From: Asterias rubens
Lineage: Eukaryota
NCBI RefSeq assembly: GCF_902459465.1
Contig: NC_047080.1
Span: 186,001 to 250,000, forward strand
Reading direction: 5' to 3'
Length of the DNA stretch: 64,000 nt
Numbering within the stretch: the first letter of the stretch is position 1; each line of letters opens with the position of its first letter. The notes beneath the pieces were generated by a model. It had not been told where the DNA came from, ran no database searches, and saw only the letters and a list, made by a program, of their open reading frames with translations. This document shows positions 1 to 13,600 of this stretch, one piece after another. Position numbers and translations under genes: made by a program.

Positions 1-33
1 CAAATCTGCCAAACATTGAAAGTGTAACCTCAC

Positions 34-1974
34 CTCATAGCCTCTGTAGTCAACTTCTACATCGTCCCCATACACATTGATATGCTGATTGGCGTTGTTG
101 AAAACAGTCGCTGTACATAACAAAACCATTCATATACAGAAATAAACAAAGAAATCATAGTCTACTGCCAAGCTTCTTGAAAATAAAACACACAGAAACA
201 CCAGGGCAAACCCCCTACGGCTTAACGTCCCAACTGAAGAATGAAGTAATAATTGGTCTTGCTTTTATAAGGGCCCACAAGTGTCACAACGGGAACTTAA
301 GCCCATACTCTGCTGATCAGAAACACCAGAGCTTGAATCCACCAGTGCTCTTATAATACCAATAACAATAACAAGTTCTAAAATAGGGCAATTCTCAATG
401 ATAACAACAATTATAATGAAGATATTTATGGCCCACTTATCCATAAAACTTGATAAAGGCGCCTACATACAAAAGGAAAGCAATAACCGTCTCAATGCGC
501 TTTACATTAGTGCCTTAAGCATTGGGCCACTAACATTCCTTTAATCTTTCTCAGCTCCCTGGGGAGTATACAACCACAGTGCTCCAAAGGCTTTTTCTTG
601 CACAATATCATTCTCTACCCTCGCAGGTACCCATTTATACCCCTAGGTGAAGAAAAGCAAGTATAGTTAAAAAACATCTTGCTCATGGACACACCTGTCA
701 CAGCCGGGACCCAAACTCACACTCTGATGACTTAATCACCAGAGAATGAGTCCAGTTTTCTTAACGGCTCAGCCGTGACACACTAATCATTTGATGCTCA
801 CCTGGTCTTGGGTTCCGTGCATTGCAAGCCATATCATCAGCTAACATTAGAATGATTTGACTGTCTGGTATACCGAGTCGCTTCACACTGCGATAGATGG
901 ATAAGGTGTTTGCAACATGGCGATAATTGAACCAGAAACGCGACGTGCACACCTGGAACAAGAAGAAATATTCTTTCCATAAAATATACAGGATTAGTAG
1001 AGCCATGGTAGAGCTGCCAAAAATAGTTGCAGTTTTCTTTTTGTTCAGACAAGTTTGGAGGGAACGATTAGCGGGCTCCAACGGCACATAAAAACAGATT
1101 TTCTCATACTTCAACGAATGTTTGAATACCCAGATTGAGCTCTGGGCAGAATTCAATAGGGACAACAATATTGATACATGTCAGTAACTTGAAATTATAA
1201 GCTGCAAGTACTTACCAATACAGCCCAATTATTTGTATGTCCACTTTTAAAGAAACCTTTGACGTTTTGCTCCTGCTGATGATGAAATAAAAAAGCACAC
1301 ATTATCAGCAATATCTTAAATTAAACAAATTACTTTTGAACAATCAACTAGAAAAGGATAGAGTAGGCCAAATATAAAAAAATACCAGTTGATCGTTCCC
1401 GCCCGCATCCTTTTTTGGGGCCGCATTCTTTTTTTTATTATTTACTATTTTCTGCATCTTTTTTTTTTAAATCCATCTTTTCAAAAGGACTTTACTAAGT
1501 CTTCATGCTCTCAAACACTTGTAACCGTCTGTTTCATAAAACAATATTAGTGAATGCCTACCAGCAAATCTTTCTGTAAGTTATTTGTAAATCTGTGATT
1601 TTTTTTTTTTTTTTCTGTACCGAAAGGGTCCAATGGCTTTAAAAGAAAAAATTATTTCCCATAAGAGTTTGCGCGGTGCATACAGTTTGCGCCCGAGCTT
1701 CCTGCGCAAAAGGTTTGCAGCGTAGCCGTAAAAATGGCACACCGCGCAATTTCAAAATGTTCATTTTCAAGAGCGGATTTAGGACTATAATTTTTCGACC
1801 CGTAAATTCACCAACCCTAGATTTTTAAAACAACACTTTATAGAGCATATTACAACCAAATTAATTCCACATTCAAGGCTCCGTAACACTTACCTCTACA
1901 GAGGTAGCACAAGGTGAAACCATTAAAAACACGAAAGCTGCGGCTTTCAAAACATCTCGAACGGAGGCCGCCAT
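34..1974 (-). CDS. PIGK: GPI-anchor transamidase catalytic subunit (C13 peptidase), 5' part; the gene continues beyond the left edge
   Basis: Phase-compatible GT-AG exons 1894-1974 ([27 protein letters not shown], signal-peptide-like), 1216-1275 (or 1272, NAGNAG acceptor; ..[14 protein letters not shown]), 802-952 ([50 protein letters not shown]), 34-110 ([26 protein letters not shown]). These are the diagnostic GPI8/PIGK motifs. Confidence 0.97.
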
Positions 1975-2200
1975 GATTGTTTTATTTTTTATTTTTTGGG
2001 GTGGGGGTATAGCGCCACCAACGGGAGACTATTTCCATCATGCACTTTTCCCGATCGTCCTCCTGCACTGTAAAAAAATATCGACAACAAGCAGCTGATT
2101 CATTGTGCAACAACCAAATCTGATCGTCAAAAACAAGTGCGTATTACACTAATTAAAGTTCCCTTTCTTTGAAATTATGTTTTTCTTTAAAGGTTAGACC
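1975..2200. promoter_or_regulatory. Bidirectional promoter between PIGK and GTF2B
   Basis: Head-to-head genes. CpG-enriched, with ATAGCGCCACC (CTCF-like on the - strand) and a degenerate ZNF143-like ACTATTTCCATCATGCA near 2027. Confidence 0.6.
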
Positions 2201-2234
2201 GTGTGGAACAAAAGAATAGTGTTACTGTTTATTT

Positions 2235-2324
2235 TAGACCCAGTGATTGGGGCGCTAGATTCCTTTTTCGATAAATTTCGAAAAAGAACCTAGCGCCCCA
2301 CCAGTCACTTGACTGGGTCAAGTA
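2235..2324. mobile_element. Small hairpin MITE with TAG terminus and 9-bp TSD
   Basis: TAGACCCAGT..ACTGGGTC palindrome flanked by a perfect TGTTTATTT direct repeat (2226-2234, 2325-2333). Confidence 0.7.
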
Positions 2325-2484
2325 TGTTTATTTATAATAATATTAATATTGAGAAATATTTATTATTGATATTGATTGAGAAAAAAATGTAAAACTAGAA
2401 AAAATAGAATGAAACATTGAAATGTGTATGTTCGCATTGTTGGTTGGTTTATTTTTGACTGGGTTTGTTTAGATTTGTTAGAAC

Positions 2485-3031
2485 TAGACCCAGTAACTGG
2501 GTAGCCTTTCGTGAAGAAGGCGCACGCGGCACACCGGATGGCACGCACAACCCACAAAATTTAACGCACGAAAAAAGACTATCACCGCGAGCGGCGAAGC
2601 CGCGAAGCGCCTTTACCAACTCGTTTTGGGGCCTTATGTTTTTCTTTACATTTGCCAACAATTTTGGTGGGAGAAAATGTAATGCATAATGCATTAGCGT
2701 GGCGAGTTGCTGGCCAATAAGAAGCCACAGTTACTTGCATGACGTCACAAGAACGTTCGATGCAAATTCGTTACATTTTCTCCCACCAAAATCGTTGGCA
2801 AATGTAAAGAAAAACATAAGGCCCCCAAAATGAGTTGGTAAAGACGCTTCGCCGCTCGCAGTGATAGTCTTTTTTCATGCATTACATTTTTGGGGCTGTG
2901 CGTGCTATCCGGTGTGACGCGTGCTATCCGGTGTGCCGCGTGCGCCTTGACTAAAGGCTAGTAACTGGGGTGCTGTACTCCTTTTTTCGAACTGTTGAAA
3001 AAGGAGTACAGTGCTCCAGTTACTGGGTCTA
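2485..3031. mobile_element. Hairpin MITE (TAGACCCAGTAACTGG..CCAGTTACTGGGTCTA) interrupted by a nested element
   Basis: Removing 2502-2969 restores a palindrome of about 80 bp. Flanks TGTTAGAAC / GTTTAGAAC match at 7 of 9 positions. Confidence 0.7.
2502..2960. mobile_element. Foldback MITE with long inverted arms, TAG..CTA ends and perfect 9-bp TSD
   Basis: Inverted arms of roughly 190 bp (TAGCCTTT..AAAGGCTA). TSD GTAACTGGG at 2493-2501 and 2961-2969. Confidence 0.85.
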
Positions 3032-3389
3032 GTTTAGAACAGAACTAGGTACACTAACATCTGATCATTTTATTTAGGACTTAAATATAATTATAGAAAG
3101 CTGTACCCTAACCCGCCCTGAATCATCATCATGGGCTAGTTTATAACATATTTCTACCTTCAAGTCATTGGTTATAATTTAAATAATAATAAAACTCTTA
3201 AGGCCCAGTATTAGTATTACTAATAATGAAAAATAATAATAGTGTTTATATAAAGCACCTTTTACACAAAATGTCAAGGCCCTGTACAAAAACGCCAACG
3301 AAATATTAAAACTAGAGACAATTCATACACGACTGGTAAGAAATAAATGAAGGTTCTTCTGTTTTGTTTTCTCAAATTTCAGATTGAAA

Positions 3390-6300
3390 ATGAATCGAAT
3401 AAGCTGTCCTAAACATCCTGATGCCAACTTAATCGAGGACTATCATGCTGGAGATATGATCTGCCCACAGTGTGGTCTGGTGGTTGTCGATAGGTATGTT
3501 TCGTCCCAACTTGACCACTGGCCCAACACTAGTTGAGACTGGTCCGCTCTTGAGTGTTGAAGTTGGGCAGTCTGTCCCAACTACAGTTGGGACTGGTCCC
3601 AACTTGAGTGTTGAAGTTGGGGTATTCCAACTAGAGTTGGGACTGGTCCCAACTTGAGTGTTGAAGTGGGGGTATTCCAACTAGAGTTGGGACTGGTCCC
3701 AACTTGAGTGTTGAAGTTGGGGTATTCCAACTAGAGTTGGGACTGATCACAACTTGAGTGTTGAAGTGGGGGTATTCCAACTAGAGTTGGGACTGGTCCC
3801 AACTTGAGTGTTGAAGTTGGGGTATTCCAACTAGAGTTGGGACTGGTCCCAACTTGAGTGTTGAAGTTGGGGTATTCCAACTAGAGTTGGGACTGATCAC
3901 AACTTGAGTGTTGAAGTTAGGGGGTCCCAACTAGAGTTGGGACTGATCCCATACCATCTGATGATTTAGTTACAATGATTTATTTTATTTATGTTCATTC
4001 CAAAATTTAAAAAATCACACTGTATTTTTTTATGAATTTATTAAAGAACCATCACCTTTTGTTCCCTGTAGATGTATTGATGTTGGATCAGAGTGGCGTA
4101 CATTCAGTAATGACAAAGCCAACGCTGATCCATCACGTGTTGGTGCTGCAGAGAATCCTCTACTCAGCGGTGGAGACCTATCAACCATCATCGGCCAGCC
4201 GTCTGGATCGGCAGGGTTTGGAGAAGACGGCGCCGCAAAATACCAAAATAGAAAACAAGTGAGAGGGACTGATTGTTTTTGTGTGAATACGTGTGATGAA
4301 TAAAAAAACAGTGATTTCAACTTTAAACCCATTTTTCTCATGATGGGCTTTTTTCTAACACCAAAACAGGGCCGCGCCTGACTAAACCTTTAAACGTTCC
4401 TTTCTCACACCAGGTCAGCAGTTCAGACAGAGCCCTCATAAGTGCATTCAGAGAGATATCGCACATGTCGGATCGAATCAATTTACCAAGAACCATACTG
4501 GTAGGTCAAATACAAACAACATGTGAACCATTGTTTCAACAATATTTCTCAGATTTGTTCATGATGATTTTCAGTGCTTACCTTCTAATGGTAACGAGGC
4601 TATGTACTCGTTGCACCAGAATGAGCCAATAAGCATCCTTCATTTGACCTCCATTGTTGGCCAAATGCGCAGAGTTTACAGTGAAAACAGCAAGTGAGCT
4701 AATTATTAAAGGAATCATAGCTCAAGTCTCCGGAAGCAAACTAATCAAAACTTAAGAACTCACTCTTTAGTAATGAAGTTAATAATGAGGAGTCCCCTGA
4801 ATCCACTAAGTGAAAGCAACAGTCCAAGCCAATTTCCTACTTTCTGCCCTGGTAATAGCAGGACACCGAGTTCTTTGTAGAACTGAGAAGTCTCCCGCAT
4901 TCTGAAAAGTCTACTGTCGAAGTAGCATTTTGTATAGCAAGACAAGTTCTCAGAAAAACATAATCTACCCAGCAAATAGATACACGGTGTTACTGCAAAC
5001 CAAAAATGCAAGGAAAAATAATAATTTTCAACTTTGTTGTCTGACTAGGATCGAACCAATGGATTGTTCAAGCAAGTTCATGAGCAGCGCAGCTTGAGGG
5101 GACGAAGCAATGATGCCATCGCTGCAGCATGTCTGTACATAGCATGTAGACAAGAGGGTGTTCCAAGGACATTCAAAGGTAAGTCATTATTAGTCATGTC
5201 CAAACTTTCACTTTCAGCCAGATAACAAATAAGCAGCTTCAAACAATTGAGTTTTTAACAGAGACTTAAAAAACCAAAAAGATTACCCATACCCATACAC
5301 TGCCGGCCGTACAGATCACCCAGAAATATATCTCACAACTAAAAATCTGATGAATTAAAAAAAAAAACATTTGGATCGAAATAAGCCGGGCTGAATTTGG
5401 ACAGAATCCCTCCCAAAACAAAACAATCAATATTCCTTGGAAAACCATTTCAGAGAGATTTGTATATTGAGTCCTCCCAAATATTAACTTCTAGACTGAC
5501 TATCCAATTCCTCATTTGTTTGTCTGTTTCAGAAATCTGCGCTGTATCCAGAGTCAGTAAGAAAGAGATTGGCCGTTGTTTCAAGCTGATACTGCGTGCA
5601 ATAGAAGCTAATGTGAGCCTCATCAACAGTGGTGACTTCATGGTAAACTCTTTATGTATATTTATTACAAGTAACAGTTAAATTAGAAATAAACAATGGC
5701 TGCATTATGGGAAAGTTCCTTTAAAGAGTTTCCCAGTTTGGCCAACAAAATTTATGAACTAGACAGCCATTTCTCAGTGAGCGAATGTGTTTTCATTGCT
5801 TAGGTCATTACACTTGGGTCATTCAACTTATGGATAGGTAAATTGTGGGCTGAACAAAGACAAATTTACTGCAATGGGATTTGAACCTGCACCCTCTGGC
5901 TAATGTGCCAGTTTCTCTAACAACTGAGCTCTCTAGCCATAATTGTTGGCCGTTTCCTTATGGTGTCAATATCCTTATTCTCAAATTGAATATACTTGGT
6001 TTTTTTTTAAACTGTTAAGGTAACTACCAAGGCAAACTCTTTGTGATAGTAATTATTTTTAATCATCCATTTTCTATGTTTCAGTCTCGCTTTTGCTCCA
6101 ACCTCACCCTTCCTACATCAGTTCAGAAGGCAGCGACCCATGTTGCTAACCAAGCAATGAAATTGGATCTTGTACCTGGGTGAGAAATTTATGACATTTC
6201 ATTTTTTAATTTAGCCTTTTGTAAATGCTTAGTCAGAGTCTTTTTCTGTGCTGCCAGTAAGCAAGCTGTGTGTCTGATTGTTAAATTCTTGTTATTCATA

Positions 6301-7254
6301 TTTAGGCGCAGCCCAATCTCGGTTGCTGCTGCCGCAATTTACATGGCATCTCAGGCCTCAAGCGACAAACGCTCTCAAAAAGGTAAGTTGTCACTTCATT
6401 AAAGGTTACAGAAACGCTAAATGTAAGGGCCTTGTCACTTGAGGTTACCTTACAGGCAACTTGGTGGGCAACCAATTGCAGTGCATGCTAGAGGACCACT
6501 TTGGTAGCACATAAGTAATTCTTCAAACAATGTTTTACAAATCCCAAGAAAAATGTGTGAACATTAAAATGTGAAAAGATTCTCTTCTTTGACATTGCCT
6601 GGAACTGGTTGCCTGTAAATTGCCTTAAGTGACATGACCCTAACACTGGTGAAGTGGAAGGCATGACAGCCACATTGGGATGCAATATTCCTTCCAACTA
6701 CGCACAATGGCCCTAACACTGGTGAAGTGGAAGGCATGACAGCCATAATTGGGATGCAATATTCCTTCCAACTACGCACAGCCATTTGCAGTGAGAGCCT
6801 ATGGCTAAATTCCTGAAGATGTTAAGCAGAGAAACTTGCTTATCAAAGTAAGTTGCGAATCGAATCTTAGCAAGGTACCAGTGACAACTATTGGTTTGGC
6901 TAATGGCTATGTACTGTTTTGAAATGTTCATGAAGTATGGAAATAAATGCAATTTTGAATTGAATCAAACGTTAAAATAGTTTGTTTTTAAAGTAGCTAA
7001 CATTACACAACTTTTTAACCCATAATCTTGTTTTCTTTCTGTCCCAAATAATTGTCTGTGCTCAAGACTTTTTCAAAGCTTACAGTGTGAATAATTTTAT
7101 TTTTTGATTTGTTCACACAGAAATTGGAGATATTGCCGGTACAGCTGAGGTGACCATTCGACAATCATATAAGTTAATGTATCCAAAGGCATTAGAACTA
7201 TTTCCAGAGGACTTTAAATTTGCTACTAAAGTGGAGGATTTACCGGCGCCATAA
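3390..7254 (+). CDS. GTF2B: General transcription factor IIB, 307 aa
   Basis: Coding exons 3390-3493, 4072-4258, 4414-4500, 5049-5178, 5533-5642, 6085-6179, 6306-6382, 7121-7254 (924 nt, all GT-AG, phases match). Zn ribbon CPKH..CPQC, B-reader SEWRTFSND, cyclin repeats [18 protein letters not shown] and [19 protein letters not shown]. The exon-2 acceptor is at 3383; the upstream exon appears non-coding, so the ATG at 3390 is inferred. Confidence 0.97.
3505..3950. repeat. 50-bp minisatellite in a GTF2B intron
   Basis: Unit AACTTGAGTGTTGAAGTTGGGGTATTCCAACTAGAGTTGGGACTGGTCCC recurs at 3601, 3651, 3701 and onward; about 7-8 copies, decayed at the left. Confidence 0.95.
6638..6780. repeat. 73-bp tandem duplication
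   Basis: CCCTAACACTGGTGAAGTGG..CTACGCACA at 6638 and 6711. Confidence 0.9.
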
Positions 7255-10200
7255 AACCATCTCCCTTCCCCTTTACCCATACCTCTTTAGTTGAAGTTAA
7301 CAACGGGAACTTTATAACAATCAATGATTGTATGTTGATATATTGTGTCATTGCCAAGCAGTTAAGTGGATTCAAGCTTATGGCCCAGTTTCATACAGTT
7401 GCTTTGAAAGCATAAAAAGTAGCTGAGCACAACAAAGTTATGCTAAAAGGGACCAATGCCTTGGATTGGACGAGCTGGTCTTTGAAAAGCGTTTGGAACC
7501 ACTTGTTATAAAATGCATATGGTTGGAAAGATGTTTTAAAAGTAGAATAAACTGATCCACACAAACATGCCTTGAAATTGCAGGGTTTTCCTTTACAGTC
7601 GCGAAGTAACATTTAGTATGAAGAATGGTTCCATTTCAACAATTTTCATTTGAAAACCAAGCGTTTATTAATTTGATGATTCAGGTTTAGACAACATATA
7701 ACTGTAATAACATAACATGAAATTGTACTTAATAAACTACACACCATGAATATTTCAAGTATGGCAAATAAGAGGGGTTCGAAATACTATCTGTAAATCC
7801 GAGTATAAACAACCTTTAAGTTAGACATGTGGTCAAGTCGTAAAATAGTTGTTCGTTGATAGCGTACTGACACTCTCTGCAAATCTGGCTTGCAAGACTG
7901 CTGGTTACATCAAGATTACTGCTCTTGTACCTACGGTAGTCAGGAGCCATTGTTCTCGCGAGAGCAGTCTTCGATCATGGCAGAGCAGAGTGTGACGTTA
8001 TCACTGCGACAAACAAGGCCTTGTCCACAAGTCTAACTCTTAACTTAAACAACTTTGTACACAATGTAAATGTGTACTAAAGAACACGGTATACCTATGT
8101 TCTTGCCAAAAGATGTTGCGCTTCTGAGTCTATTTATTTCGAAAAGCCCATTTAAAAAAGCTTAGCAGTTATTGTTTTGTGGTGTTTTGTATTGTTTGTG
8201 GTTTGCTCCAAAGGAAACACCTTCATGATGTGAACAACATCTTACTTTAATCACTATCTGATTGGTCTAAATAAACAACACACCATTGCTTTGTAAAATC
8301 TGTCCGAAGTTATATTGCTTGTGTGTCCATTGAAATAAAAGATTCAAATTAAAAAAGCTTTGCCATTTTGTCTCAATTTTTTTTTTTTTTTTTACATTTT
8401 ATTTATAACTTGTTTATGGAAACCAACTTACTTCAGTACAATTCCGTCTGGAAATCTGAGTATATAAACAATGTAAATAAGTAACACACTAGATGAAACA
8501 TTGCACACACATGTCAGACATGCAATTTCAATCTGATATGTCATGTGACCTAAAATCCACCAATCATATGTCAAGGATCTATTTAGTCTGCAAATCCGAG
8601 TATAGACAACAATATGAAACTTTAATCATTACGGTACATTACAGTTGCTTAACAACGTCTACATTTAAGGTAAAACCTGCCAAATAATGCATTGCTTGGA
8701 AATTAAACTATATTTTACATTTGATTTTGCATGTTTTAATGGAGAAAAAACAACAACTTCACTTTGGTCAGAACCAGTAAAACACTTCTGGTCAAAATCC
8801 ATGTACATAAATGTACTGCACATTCAAGATTAAAGTTCAAAAAAAGTACTCATCTTGGCGTTTGAGAAAAACCCGTAACTTTTCAAGTGAGATTTGAACC
8901 CAAGATCCCTGAATTCAAGAGCAGATATCTTAGCCAGGCATGCTCGGTGGTCTACTAGTGATTGAGATATCTGCTTCAGAAAGCATGGGATTAGGGTTCG
9001 AATCTCTCTCAACACCAGTACCCATGTGGAATAGTTTTCAGGTGAATTTTCTTTTCTCCTTGGGGAAAGTGAATGATTCACAGCGCTTTATCACACATAG
9101 TTATGATGGGTATTATCAGGTAATTTGACTGGACGATTGGAAGTCACACGATATACATTATTGACAATATTTCGTGCATTTTTGTACTATTCAACATGCA
9201 TTGTCGATCAATCATTTTTGCACTAAAAATATTGCATGCTAGATGACTGCACGCATACAAGCGTAGGCCAATTTGACATCGTGACTAATTGTTTTTTCCT
9301 CCACAAAATGACAAAGATCTACTTGGGCGCTATATAAAACAAATTGTAAATGTTTTGCATCCATGCAGTATTGAGGAGATTTTCATTCGTTGAAAGATTT
9401 AATGTTCCGTTCAACTTGCCTTCGACTAGGTGAATGGAACATTCCCTCTATCAACTTGCGAAAATATTCTCGCCATAGCACAAACAACAATTTATTATTC
9501 ATAAAATTAGTATTCAAATAAGTGTACGGCTAAAAACATTTTTATAAAATTCATCTGTAATGTGTGATCAACAAAACGGTCCAGGCTCTGTACAAGCCTA
9601 GGGTTTTTCCTGGTGCCCTCCTCGTATCACCCTTTGTTCTTTGTCTTGTATGTTTTATGATTATTTATTGTGATATTTGGAAATGAAAAAAATAAAAAAA
9701 TAAAGAAACATACAATTAAACAATTTTTTTTCTTTTCAAGATTATTTCAAAGTTTTAACACCATGTTAGGGTTTATATAACTCTAATTTAAAAACTGTTG
9801 ACATCACATTCATAATTAGTTCATTTCCAAAAAATATGTTATTTTTTTTTTTTTTTTTTTAAATTTCCAATATTGGTAAAATCTGAAGTAAAATAACACT
9901 GAAACTATAAAGCTGCAAGGAAAACATTTTGTTTTTTAAAAACTTACTTCACACTTTGACATCGATGCAGGCTGAGTTAATTTCATAAAAATATTTGGGG
10001 TTTTTTACCTAAAAAGTCCTATAGTATGCTTATAAATTGGTAAAATCTGATTAAAAACACTTTTTTAAAGTGAAACTATTATAAGTTGCAAAAGTAAAAA
10101 ATTACACGATTAAACTGCAAGGAAAATATTTCGTTTTTAAAAACTTTACTATTCACATGATTTTAAGTTGTATTAATATTTGTTAAGAAAAATAAACCTT

Positions 10201-10672
10201 TAAAAAGCTTCCGAGTTTGCGTGCTGCTGCTGCTGCAGCTTTCAAGTGAATGCTGGTGGCACTCTTGGCGCTCTGAAGCAACTGGTCAATATGGAATACA
10301 GAACAAATTCATAGTTCAGAATACAGCATGATTTTGGTAATGGTTCTCCCAAAATTGGAATGGTTTAATAGTGGTAGGCCTATTTACCCCCCCCCCCCTT
10401 AAAAAAAAAACCTTGAGATTTTCATGCTAGTCTTAGGGGTTGGGTTAGGTTAGGGTTAGAAAAATTCAATAGGGGTTAGGGTTAGAGTTAGGATTAGAAG
10501 AATACACTAGGGGTGTCAGAACCTAATGTAACCTGACCATTCAGGAAAAAGCAACAGCCTTTTGTTATATATTAAAATTCCCACACTTATATGGAAAAAG
10601 AAAGTACTGAACGGGGCTATCAGGAATAATGAGCAGGCCTCATATTAATTTCATTTAGTGGATGTTAAACAC

Positions 10673-13600
10673 TCATCTGGTCAGCCAGTATTCTTTGGTC
10701 AGTGTGGAGATCTGGCAAGGCATCTGTTTGGCGCCATCTTCGGTACTTTCCCGAAGCGATATGGCATGATTGACACGCACCAAAATATCCAGAAGATGCT
10801 TCTGTCTGGAATACTTCTTGATTCCTTCGCACAGCTCAGAAATGTACCACGTCCCATCATCATTTCGCCAAGCCTTGGTGCCTTTGTGTTAAACAATAAA
10901 AAAAACGAAATTTACTGGGGGCCAGTTTAGGATTTGTAATCATTTGTAAAAAAATAGACATACGGCCCAATTCATTGCTCTGCTTATTTACCCGCTGCAT
11001 TCCGCGCTTCAGATCACCAGTCTTCGTTTACTGTGCAAGCGCCAAACTTCTGCACTAGCTGTAAACAAAGAATGCCTAGTATGTGGATTACGCACAAGCA
11101 CATGTTGAAATTTCCTTCTAACCTGTGAATTAGCAAAACCATGAAATTAGGGCCCTGGCAATGCAAGTGTCTTGAGTTCAAATTCCATCCGAGAGATTTG
11201 CCTGTGAACATTGTTCACAGATCTCAGGAAACTAAGTAAACAGTGCTAATACACATCAGTGCAATGGTAAAAAGCAAATTATATTCTCAACTAATGTAGG
11301 GGTAAGGATTTTGAGGTCACAAGATCTGATTGGAGAAACAAATGCAAAAAAAAACAGTTAAAGGGTAGAGGTTTACCTTTAGATGTAGCATATGAGATAA
11401 GCATATCTGCATTGACAGGCTTTTTGAAAGTTGCTTGGGTAGCTTCATCTGGAGTTTCTTCCCTAGAGCTAGTCTCCATATCATCCGCTTTGTCACGACG
11501 AGGAGCTCTACATGCCTGAATGATAAACACTTTGGGTTTGTCTGTCCACACAAAAGATGCAGAAATGTACATAATTGGAGGCAAGTTCAAGATTCAAGCA
11601 TACAGTGGCAGATTATCGGCCATGGCTAAGTACGCCACAGTTCGTTCTTATTCCCAGCAAACTCATTCAATAAATTCTTGCAAAAATGCACAAAAATCCC
11701 TTTTATATAATGTTACAATATTATCACATATAAAAAAACTACTGCAGAGGCACAGTATATGTCCCTTAATGTGATTAACAAGGGCTAAAACAGGGTTACC
11801 CCTTCACGGTCCATAAGGAAGTAGGCTGGGTATCTGACACCATATGCCTTTGGAATTTACTGCCTAAGCAAGTTAATGAGTCACCAACTCTAGATGTCTT
11901 CAAGAACAAACTAAATGGGGTCACCTTCAGCTAATAATACCCCTCACAAGATACTACAATAAATAACTGCATACTTGCACATATTGATTTTGTTCATGCT
12001 AGTTTGCACTTCAACCAATGTGTGAGTATACTCAATAGGAGGTTTCTGCACAGTATATGAAGATGATGATGATGATGGAAACAAATGTCAAATTGACTTG
12101 AATTGAATCATTCTAATAATAACAACCTACCATTGAGTGCTTTGAGTTCGTCTCCCAAGAAGGGTTTAGTGAGTTCCTCCTCTGTGATGAACTTTTGATC
12201 AATTGTAACAATTCCTTCCTGCAATAATCAACAAGTGTAATTGAAACATTACTTATAATTAATAGGTATATGAGTTTGGTTAAAGGTACCGCACTATTGG
12301 TAGTTACTCAAACTAACTGTTAGCATTAAAAGTTACAATGGAGAGCAATAGAGAGCTGTTGATAGAAAAAATGGCTCCCGCCGAAGGAACATAGTTTTGG
12401 AAAAAAAAGTAATTTCTCATCGAAATGCCTGATGAAGCATTTAATTAGGCATCTAAAAACACACACATCTGGGCGACAAGGGTGTTTCTTCTTTCATTAT
12501 TCTCTTCAAACTTCGATGACCAATCAAGTCCAAATTTTCACAGATTTATTATTTTATGCAAATATGTTGAGATACACCAAGTGAGAATGCTGGTCTTTGA
12601 CATTAACCGAAGGTGTCTAGTGGCTTTCAAGCATAGAGATAACATTGGTACTCACCACAGTAGCTTCTTTTCCCTCGTTGTCTTTCACCACCTCCTGCTT
12701 ACCATGACTACCAAGGATAAAGACAAAACTAGAGTACTTCCCCGTTGCTAGTTTATCTCTTGTTTTGTGAAGAACTTTCAACAGCTGCGTTTTGGTCAAA
12801 TCCTTCTCATAATTACATTTAAAATTCAAGTCAACGCTACCGTCTTCCTCAAACAACGTTTCAATTTTGTCCTTGTCTTTTTCACTTCCTATACAAGACA
12901 AAAATTTTTAAATGTTTTACCACAAATTGACTTTAATTTCAAGCGATTCTTATAAAATATGATAATAATAATTTGTTCTTAAATAGTAAATTTTACAATA
13001 ATGTATCAATGCGCTCAACATTAGTGGTCATTGGGCCAAAAACTTTCCTATAATCTTTCTCAGCTTCCTAAAGACTGAAGATTCTACATCTCTGGGCTGC
13101 CAGCGGGCTGCCATGTCACTCCAGATGTTTTCATACACATTGTCAACCTATACCCTCACAGGTACCCATAATTATACCCCTGGGTGAAGAGAAGCAATTA
13201 TACTCAAGTATCATGTACATAAGTGTCAAGATCAGGTTTTCTTTGAAATACTACTTTACAATCCAAGCTTTAGTGGCCTCAAGGAAGCTGAATTCATAAA
13301 CAAAAATAATAATAGTGGCTTCTTATATAGCGAGCATATCCGTCAGTCAGTGATGCTCAAGCAGTTTTTCCTGCAAGGTGTGACACTACATTTGAAGCAT
13401 AAGACCTACTCCTTTTACATACATTATCATTTACCTTTTCGTCGTGGTTCGCCAGAATTTTCAAAGTTATTTATAAACAATAAATATCCTTTGCCTTTGT
13501 TATAGCATTCTTCTGGATTTAAAACTTTATCACCAGATTCCGAAAGACTAATACCAGATGGCACTGCATCACCTGAAATATACAGGAAATTGTAAGAATA

